Sequence record: SRR31156797_4552
DNA: 20,000 nt
Direction: 5' to 3' (one strand)
How positions within the stretch are numbered: position 1 is the stretch's first letter; every line of letters begins with the position of its first letter. Under the pieces are notes generated by a model. The model saw nothing but the letters and a program-made list of their open reading frames with translations, did not search any database and was not told where the DNA came from. Made by a program: the position numbers and the translations under genes. Below are positions 8,110-14,326 of the stretch, piece by piece.

Positions 8110-8973
8110 TCAATTACTTTTCAATGGGAAGACATTTGCAGAGTGTTTTTCGTGTAGCTCGATTAGATTATCGGGCAGGTATTGCTGATATTTTTTCTTG
8201 TACTCGTCTTCATATTGTCCATTAATAATATGGTTGACCTTGCCGATGATCCTCCTGCCCCATTTGTTTTTGGAACATCCTACATAGCTCAGAACATATT
8301 CAGGTAGCTCGCGGATGGGGATAAAAAGGAATTTGTCTTCCACAAAATTTTGTGAAACAAGCCATTGTAATTCATGAGGAAAGCCTATGGCATAGTCAAT
8401 GGTGCGCTCTGCTTGAATGTTTTTTGCCAGTGTTTCAAGCAGGTCCATTTTGTAGTGGATTATTATTTTTTCAGAACTTTTGTTGTTGCTTATGATTTTG
8501 TCTACCATGCCTCCGTAGCAGCGCCCTTTAGAAATTCCCATGCGCATGGTGGAAGCGTTAAATAAATCCTCTATGGAAATGAAACCTTGTTCATCCATAA
8601 AAGGTTTAAATTCATTCAACCGAGATCTCAGGGCAATAACTCCATTGGAAATATAAAGCATTACCGGATTGCTGAATTCAATGAATTTTTCACGGTCCTT
8701 TGTCTTCATCATTGTCACACAGCAACCATTGTTTTCAGCAAGTTGTTTTAAAATCCGTCCGTAGTTGGCTATGTGCTCCGAGTGCTTGTATTCTGGTAGG
8801 GCTTTTTGCAGTTTTTCTTCCAGATAATTTTCATGTCCTTTTCCTTTTAATTCTCCACACATAATGCTCGAAGGAGGAAAGTCCGCATGATACCAATTGA
8901 TTACGTTTTCAGCCTGAACAGGTGCAGGGATAACCAATGACAAATAAATAATGAGAGAAAATAGTTGTTTCAT
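8110..8973 (-). CDS. TIGR02285-like periplasmic solute-binding protein (orphan)
   Basis: Signal peptide ending VQA|E. Motifs INWYHADFPPSSI..GELKGKG..LPEYKH, KTKDREKFIEFS, GRCYG and YVGCSKNKWGRRII. Confidence 0.75.
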   Translation of the reverse strand: MKQLFSLIIYLSLVIPAPVQAENVINWYHADFPPSSIMCGELKGKGHENYLEEKLQKALPEYKHSEHIANYGRILKQLAENNGCCVTMMKTKDREKFIEFSNPVMLYISNGVIALRSRLNEFKPFMDEQGFISIEDLFNASTMRMGISKGRCYGGMVDKIISNNKSSEKIIIHYKMDLLETLAKNIQAERTIDYAIGFPHELQWLVSQNFVEDKFLFIPIRELPEYVLSYVGCSKNKWGRRIIGKVNHIINGQYEDEYKKKYQQYLPDNLIELHEKHSANVFPLKSN

Positions 8974-9158
8974 TATATTTTTATTGGGTCTGCCGGGTTA
9001 AATTATGTTTTGCAGTTACACCTTATTCTTTTTTTAGTTTAAAGTCAGTATCTAATTCTCAAAATTAAGACTAGATTATTCAAAAAAATGCCCAAGTGTC
9101 GAAATATGAGCGGTTTTTATTCTTGATGAATAGTTATTAGGGGTGATATCCAGCTGCT

Positions 9159-10049
9159 ATGAAAGAGGACCACACCATGCACAAGGCAGAAGAGTTGATA
9201 GGTATTGAGTCGAATTTTAAAATATATCCGTTCACTGATGGGACCGGATGTCCTATAAGTGATGTTCAGGAACCGCATTTACATGATTTTTATGTGGTCC
9301 ATTACGTTTCATCGGGGTGTGGCAGTTGTGTTATCGATTTTGAGACCTATGATATTATTCCCGGTTCTCTATATTTCGTTTCTCCCGGACAATTGCACTT
9401 GTGGAATCCTGAAGGTGTGGTGGACGGCTTTGTTATGGTTTTTACCGATGAATTCCTTCAGTCACCGGAAGCGCCGATCCACAGTGCCTATGAACTTGAA
9501 TTCTTCAATAGTGTGGTAAATTCCCCCATGTTCATGCTTACCTCCGAACAAAAGGTCGAGTTGTCCGGGGTGATGTCTAATCTTTGCCGGGAATTTATTG
9601 CCAGAAAGCCCGGATTTGAAACCGTATTACGCTCATATTTTCATATTCTGATGGTTAGCTTACAGCGCATGTTTGCCGATCGGTTGCAACGTCCCAGTGC
9701 GCGTGCAGAAAACCGTATGGTACGGGAATTCAAGAAGCTTGTTTCTACTGAGCACAGTCCTCAGTTGCGGGTTCAGGATTATGCGGAAAGGATGAATGTC
9801 AGTGTGAGCAGGCTTAGCGCTGTTATTAAAGAAGTTACCAGTATGACTCCGGGACAGATTGCCCGTAACGAGTTGATCACCACAGCCAAACGAATGCTGG
9901 CTAATTCCGATAAGAATGTTTCTGAGATCTGCTATGAACTTAAATTTGAAGATCCTTCATACTTCGGTAGGTTTTTCAAGCGTGAGACTGGATTCACTCC
10001 TTCTGTTTTCCGGGAGCATGTAAGAGGAAAGTACCAGCAATTGACATAA
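9159..10049 (+). CDS. AraC-family transcriptional regulator (cupin sensor plus HTH)
   Basis: Cupin PHLHDFY...SPGQLH. C-terminal double HTH VQDYAERMNVS...VSEICYELKFEDPSYFGRFFKRETGFTP. An alternative start exists at 9177. Confidence 0.92.
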   Translation: MKEDHTMHKAEELIGIESNFKIYPFTDGTGCPISDVQEPHLHDFYVVHYVSSGCGSCVIDFETYDIIPGSLYFVSPGQLHLWNPEGVVDGFVMVFTDEFLQSPEAPIHSAYELEFFNSVVNSPMFMLTSEQKVELSGVMSNLCREFIARKPGFETVLRSYFHILMVSLQRMFADRLQRPSARAENRMVREFKKLVSTEHSPQLRVQDYAERMNVSVSRLSAVIKEVTSMTPGQIARNELITTAKRMLANSDKNVSEICYELKFEDPSYFGRFFKRETGFTPSVFREHVRGKYQQLT

Positions 10050-10085
10050 AATTACCTTCGTCTCAACGGGGCTATGAGCTAAACT
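10027..10085 (+). promoter_or_regulatory. Putative AraC-activated promoter for the Fe-S gene
   Basis: Direct repeats GAAAGTACC (10027-10035) and AAAATTACC (10048-10056) have a 21-bp period and abut TTCGTC-N17-TAAACT (10057-10085). Confidence 0.5.
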
Positions 10086-10121
10086 GTTTGCAGTTAAATT
10101 TTTGCAAAGAGGAGATAGCTT

Positions 10122-10802
10122 ATGACTTTGAAAGAGATAACTGAAGCAGCTGAGAAAATTGGTTGTCTGTCTGTTATCACCCTTGATGGTGGAACAATGC
10201 ACAGCCGGATAATCAGTCTTTGTGGCGGGGATGATGAAGGACTTTACTTCCTGACCATGAATGTTAAGCCTTTTTATCGCCAGCTTAAAGCCAACCCCAA
10301 AGTTTCCATGTGCGGTATTTATCCCACCAGTCGCAAGGAAGGAAAGAACAAGGACGGTCAGCCTTATTTCCCTCCAGGGTATACTTTAAGGATTACCGGG
10401 GAAGCCCGCGAAGTTTCCATGGATGAATTGCGCGAAAAGGCTGAGGCCGGAAATCCGATTCATCAGTATGTTCTTGAAGATCACGAGCGTTATCCTGCCG
10501 TCCGGCTCTTTTGTGTTCATAAGGGTAAAGGCGAAATATTCGATTATGATTTTGAAATGGAGCAGCGCGATCATAAACTCTTGCGGACTCGTTTTGCTTT
10601 TGGGGGCGAAACATTTAATGAATCCGGGGCACGGATTGATCCTGAAAAATGTATTGCCTGTGGCGAATGCTTTGAAACTTGTACTTTCAAGGCGATAGTT
10701 CCGGGGGATGTTTACCGGGTAAATGGTTCCCGTTGTGATGAATGTGGTAGCTGTATGCTGGGTTGTCCGGTTGAAGCCATTGAGCTTTTACAGACCATAT
10801 AA
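10122..10802 (+). CDS. Pyridoxamine-5'-phosphate-oxidase-like flavin-binding domain fused to a 2x[4Fe-4S] ferredoxin domain
   Basis: N-terminal MHSRII...GLYFLT..VKPFYRQLKANPKVSMCG...LRITG. C-terminal CIACGECFETC and CDECGSCMLGCP. RBS AGAGGAG. Confidence 0.85.
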   Translation: MTLKEITEAAEKIGCLSVITLDGGTMHSRIISLCGGDDEGLYFLTMNVKPFYRQLKANPKVSMCGIYPTSRKEGKNKDGQPYFPPGYTLRITGEAREVSMDELREKAEAGNPIHQYVLEDHERYPAVRLFCVHKGKGEIFDYDFEMEQRDHKLLRTRFAFGGETFNESGARIDPEKCIACGECFETCTFKAIVPGDVYRVNGSRCDECGSCMLGCPVEAIELLQTI

Positions 10803-10818
10803 TTAATAAGAATATTTT

Positions 10819-10853
10819 AAAGGCACAGTCGTTATGATTTGTGCTTTTTTTTT
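10819..10853 (+). terminator. Rho-independent terminator
   Basis: AAAGGCACAGTC-GTTAT-GATTTGTGCTTT imperfect stem followed by a long T-tract. Confidence 0.7.
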
Positions 10854-10932
10854 ATGTTATTAGGGGCAGGGCAGGAGCTTCGGGAGAAGTTCCTCTAGGG
10901 ATTGTTGCTTGACGCATAGTGCTGCTTTGGGT

Positions 10933-10957
10933 ATTTGGTTGCGTAGCGCAACTAAAT
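10933..10957. promoter_or_regulatory. Putative MarR autoregulatory operator
   Basis: ATTTGGTTGCG-TAG-CGCAACTAAAT (10/11 inverted repeat), 16 bp before the ATG of the MarR fusion and downstream of a TTGACG -35-like hexamer at 10909-10914. Confidence 0.65.
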
Positions 10958-10973
10958 TAACGGGAAGCAAAAA

Positions 10974-11897
10974 ATGAATAATGATCAGGTCAGGAAGGTA
11001 AGACGATATTCACGTAGTCTTGCACGTGAGTGGAAGTTGGTCGCAAATCGTGCGTGTTCGCAAGGCTTAAGTGTGTCCGAAGCACACGCACTTTTGGAAT
11101 TGTCGGCAATGGATTCACTGTCCGTTCAGGAAGTGGCTGATTTATTGCTTATAGATAAATCCAATGCGAGTCGGGCTCTTAAGTCTTTGGGGAAGCAGGG
11201 TTTTATTGAGTTTAGATCAAATAATGCAGATCGAAGAGCTAAAGAGGTTTTCATCACAGACGCAGGTAGGGAGCAGGTTATACAGGTTCATGCTGAAGCC
11301 GATGAGCAGGTGGGATGTGCATTGGGGATGCTCGGTGTTCGTGAGCGGGAGATGGTTGAGCAGGGGTTGCATACTTATGCCAAGGCGCTTCGCTATTGCA
11401 GGCTTCAGGACGGATTTTTCATACGTTCTATGACGGCTGAGGATGATCCTGCTATGGCGCAAGTGATACGTGTTGTATCCGAGGAGTATGGTTTGCGTGC
11501 TGAGGACGGCTATGCCGTGGGTGACCCTTCTGTTGATTATATGAGTCGTGCCTATGCGGATAAGGGGTGCTGTTATTGGGTAGTTGAACGCGGGGGACGT
11601 GTTGTGGGCGGAGGTGGAGTAGCTGCCTTGCAAGGCGGTACTGGGAATATTTGCGAGTTGCAGAAAATGTATTTCACTTCTGAGTGTCGTGGTAGGGGAC
11701 TGGGGAGGAAGTTAGTCCTTAAAGGATTGGAATTCGCTCGAAGCTACGGTTACGAGGCTTGCTATCTGGAAACTACAGGTGAGTTGCATGAGGCTGTAGC
11801 GCTTTATGAGGCTTTGGGATTTGAACGTCAGGATCACCCGTTAGGAGATACCGGGCACGGAGTTTGTGAACTGCGTTATCTTTATCGGTTTAATTAA
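10974..11897 (+). CDS. Bifunctional MarR-HTH / GNAT acetyltransferase (YjgM-like GNAT domain)
   Basis: wHTH LSVSEAHALLEL...LLIDKSNASRALKSL...DRRAKEVFITDAG. GNAT VVGGGGV...CELQKMYF..CRGRGLG...CYLET...AVALYEALGF. Confidence 0.9.
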   Translation: MNNDQVRKVRRYSRSLAREWKLVANRACSQGLSVSEAHALLELSAMDSLSVQEVADLLLIDKSNASRALKSLGKQGFIEFRSNNADRRAKEVFITDAGREQVIQVHAEADEQVGCALGMLGVREREMVEQGLHTYAKALRYCRLQDGFFIRSMTAEDDPAMAQVIRVVSEEYGLRAEDGYAVGDPSVDYMSRAYADKGCCYWVVERGGRVVGGGGVAALQGGTGNICELQKMYFTSECRGRGLGRKLVLKGLEFARSYGYEACYLETTGELHEAVALYEALGFERQDHPLGDTGHGVCELRYLYRFN

Positions 11898-12018
11898 GTG
11901 TGTTTCCTCTTTTGGTAATGGATGAAAGTTCTAAAGATGATGATGTTAGACTGCTTTTTAGGTTTTGTTATTTGACTTGTGACTGACCAGTACTTAATTT
12001 CTCTGCAAGGAGAAAGTA

Positions 12019-12723
12019 ATGTTTCATGGAAAAGTAAAGGCTGTAGCCTTTGATGCTGACGATACTCTCTGGGTTAACGAGCCTTTTTTTGCGCGGGCCA
12101 AAGCTGAAGTAGCGGAAATGATGGCAGGGTATGTTCCTGCTTCCGAATATATTGAAGTTCTGGAACAGACACAGGGGCGTAATACACGTGTTCTGGGATA
12201 CGGTGTTAAATGCTTCGTTATTTCATTGATTGAGGCTGCAAACAGTGTGGCGTACGACCGAATAAAAAGTTCCGAGATTGAGCGTATAATTGAGCTTGGC
12301 AAGGCAATGCTGGCTAATCCTGTGGAATTGATTGACGGGATTGAAGATGTTCTGAGTTCATTGGCGGGAAATTATGAGCTGTTGATGATCACCAAGGGTG
12401 ATGTGACCGAGCAGCAGCGGAAGGTCCGGTTGTCTGGTATGGACCGGTATTTTGACCGCATAGAAATTCTGCCGGAAAAGGATGAGGCGGCATACGAGAG
12501 AGTTTTGCGTAAGTACGACATCAGGCATGACGAATTTCTTATGGTCGGGAATTCTTTAAAATCAGACATTCTTCCAGTTGTGAGCATTGGCGGAAGTGCA
12601 GTACATATTCCTTTTCATACTACTTGGGTTCATGAGGTTGTCTGTGAGAATGATCTTTGCGGACGCGAGTATGTAGAAATCAGCAGGGCAGGAGAATTGT
12701 TGCCATTGTTGATGAGTTTATAA
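12019..12723 (+). CDS. HAD-superfamily hydrolase
   Basis: Motif I FDADDTLW, motif II ITKGD, motif III EK and motif IV MVGNSLKSDI, plus TWVHE. RBS AAGGAG. Confidence 0.92.
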   Translation: MFHGKVKAVAFDADDTLWVNEPFFARAKAEVAEMMAGYVPASEYIEVLEQTQGRNTRVLGYGVKCFVISLIEAANSVAYDRIKSSEIERIIELGKAMLANPVELIDGIEDVLSSLAGNYELLMITKGDVTEQQRKVRLSGMDRYFDRIEILPEKDEAAYERVLRKYDIRHDEFLMVGNSLKSDILPVVSIGGSAVHIPFHTTWVHEVVCENDLCGREYVEISRAGELLPLLMSL

Positions 12724-12878
12724 TTAGAAGAGTCTATTACGAAAATTTATACAGCAATTAATCACTTTCATTCTCGTGCAATGAATGTTAATAAGCCGTT
12801 GCTTGCGCACTACTGGATGCAATTTGTGTTTCGTAGTGCTTAATTTGTGTTAAAATATTAATATATAAGGTGTTAGCA

Positions 12879-13262
12879 TTGTCTCAGCCTACTGAAAAAA
12901 ATGTAAAATTGGTCTCCAATTATGTGGAGAAGTATTGCGAACGTACCGGGCTTAACCTTCATCCCATGAAGGATGTTTCCGATGCCGTGACCACCGGTCT
13001 GGCCATGCATCTTGACGAAATCAAGCGTCCTCTCTGTCCCTGTCGGTTTTACCCGGACAAACAGCAGGCAGCTGCTGAGCGTGAATGGCTCTGTCCTTGC
13101 TCAGACATGAAGACCTATAAATACTGTCATTGCATGCTTTTTGTTAACGAGGAAGGCATGCCTGTAACAGAGCATCTGCCCGAAGACCACGAAGGGCGCC
13201 AGACCTACGGCGATATCGCTGATCCGGCTCCGGCAAGGATGCATCGCAAACTGCCTAACTAG
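12879..13262 (+). CDS. Ferredoxin:thioredoxin reductase catalytic subunit (FTR-c)
   Basis: Diagnostic CPC (13035-13043), CPC (13092-13100) and CHC (13125-13133) motifs followed by MLF. The likely start is TTG 12879 with RBS AAGGTG at 12867-12872; the ORF track uses GTG 12870. Confidence 0.9.
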   Translation: MSQPTEKNVKLVSNYVEKYCERTGLNLHPMKDVSDAVTTGLAMHLDEIKRPLCPCRFYPDKQQAAAEREWLCPCSDMKTYKYCHCMLFVNEEGMPVTEHLPEDHEGRQTYGDIADPAPARMHRKLPN

Positions 13263-13279
13263 GCAACATTAGCGCAAAT

Positions 13280-13319
13280 AAAAACCGGACACAGGCTTCG
13301 AGCTTGTGTCCGGTTTTTT
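13280..13319. terminator. Bidirectional terminator
   Basis: AAAAACCGGACACAGGCT-TCG-AGCTTGTGTCCGGTTTTTT between convergent genes. Confidence 0.9.
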
Positions 13320-13327
13320 GTGGGTTA

Positions 13328-14059
13328 TTAATCTTTATCATTCTTCTTCCGTTTGTTCTTGCCTTTTATATACCATTGCTGGTCTCCGTACATTTCATCT
13401 GAGCATTCAGGGCAGAGTCCGTGGCTGAATGATGCTTCGGAGTATTTTTCGATATATGACTCAAGGTTGTTCCAATAACCTTTGTCGTCGCGAATCTTTT
13501 TGCATTTGGCACATATAGGCATGAGTCCGCTGAGGACTTTTACCTTCTCAAGGGCTTCAGACAGCTCGTTGATGAGTTCTTCTTTTTCCTGCTCAGCTTT
13601 TTTGTGATCGGTTATGTCGATGAAGCTTTCGATATAGTAGTCTTTTTCCTTAATATTTAAGGTTTTAACTGTCTTGAGTATGTTGCGGCTGCCTGATTTT
13701 GCAGTGAGCAGAATTCTTTCAGACATGTCTACTGTCTGGCCTAGGTCCGCGATAGGGCATTTCCCACGTTCTGCAGGACACACAAAGTTGTGGCATACCT
13801 TGCCGACTACTTCATTCTTCTTCCGGCCTAGCATTTCAAGGGCGGTACTGTTGATTTCAACTATTGTGAAGTTGTTTGCGTCAACAACTATAATTCCGCT
13901 GAGAATGGAATCGAAGAGTATATCCATGAACAGAGCAGATTTTGTGGTGGTATCCAAAAGCAAATTAACTGTCTTCAGGCATGTTTTTACCTTTTCACGC
14001 CCTTCCAGTTCAGCTATGCGCTGCTCCAGTTCTTCATATGTTGGTTTCTTTGATTCCAC
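13328..14059 (-). CDS. PAS-domain protein with a C-terminal 4-Cys (CxxC...CPxC) putative metal-binding domain
   Basis: N-terminal coil KPTYEELEQRIAELE. PAS segment GIIVVD..IVEINSTALEMLG..VVGKVC...DITDHK. C-terminal LSGLMPICAKCKKIRDDKGYW...FSHGLCPEC. Confidence 0.85.
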   Translation of the reverse strand: MESKKPTYEELEQRIAELEGREKVKTCLKTVNLLLDTTTKSALFMDILFDSILSGIIVVDANNFTIVEINSTALEMLGRKKNEVVGKVCHNFVCPAERGKCPIADLGQTVDMSERILLTAKSGSRNILKTVKTLNIKEKDYYIESFIDITDHKKAEQEKEELINELSEALEKVKVLSGLMPICAKCKKIRDDKGYWNNLESYIEKYSEASFSHGLCPECSDEMYGDQQWYIKGKNKRKKNDKD

Positions 14060-14213
14060 AGCAGACCTTTAAGTGTTGATAGTTTAAGTCAAACTATACG
14101 ATACTGGTGGGGATTGGTCTATTAGAAATGTAAATAAATTGATCTGAAAGTGAGTATAATATGTGATTTGTGAATTTTTAATGGCATCGACGCTCTTCAA
14201 AAAATGATTCTCG

Positions 14214-14254
14214 TTGATCTGGATCAATGCGCTATGCCTGTAATGGGGTAGTGT
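14214..14254 (+). promoter_or_regulatory. FNR-type (CRP/FNR family) box with a class II-spaced -10 element
   Basis: TTGAT-CTGG-ATCAA (14214-14227) is a perfect FNR consensus. TAGTGT at 14249-14254 places the box centre near -41. Confidence 0.7.
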
Positions 14255-14326
14255 CCTTTTACAGTGAATTATTATTCAATCAGTTATTTTTTGTTGAAGT
14301 AAGTTGTAAGTGAAAAGGAGATACAG

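Noticed and set aside
10041-10046. Perfect TTGACA as the -35 of the Fe-S gene
   Set aside because: No -10-like hexamer lies 16-18 bp downstream (CAACGG at 17 bp). The TTCGTC-N17-TAAACT pairing fits better.
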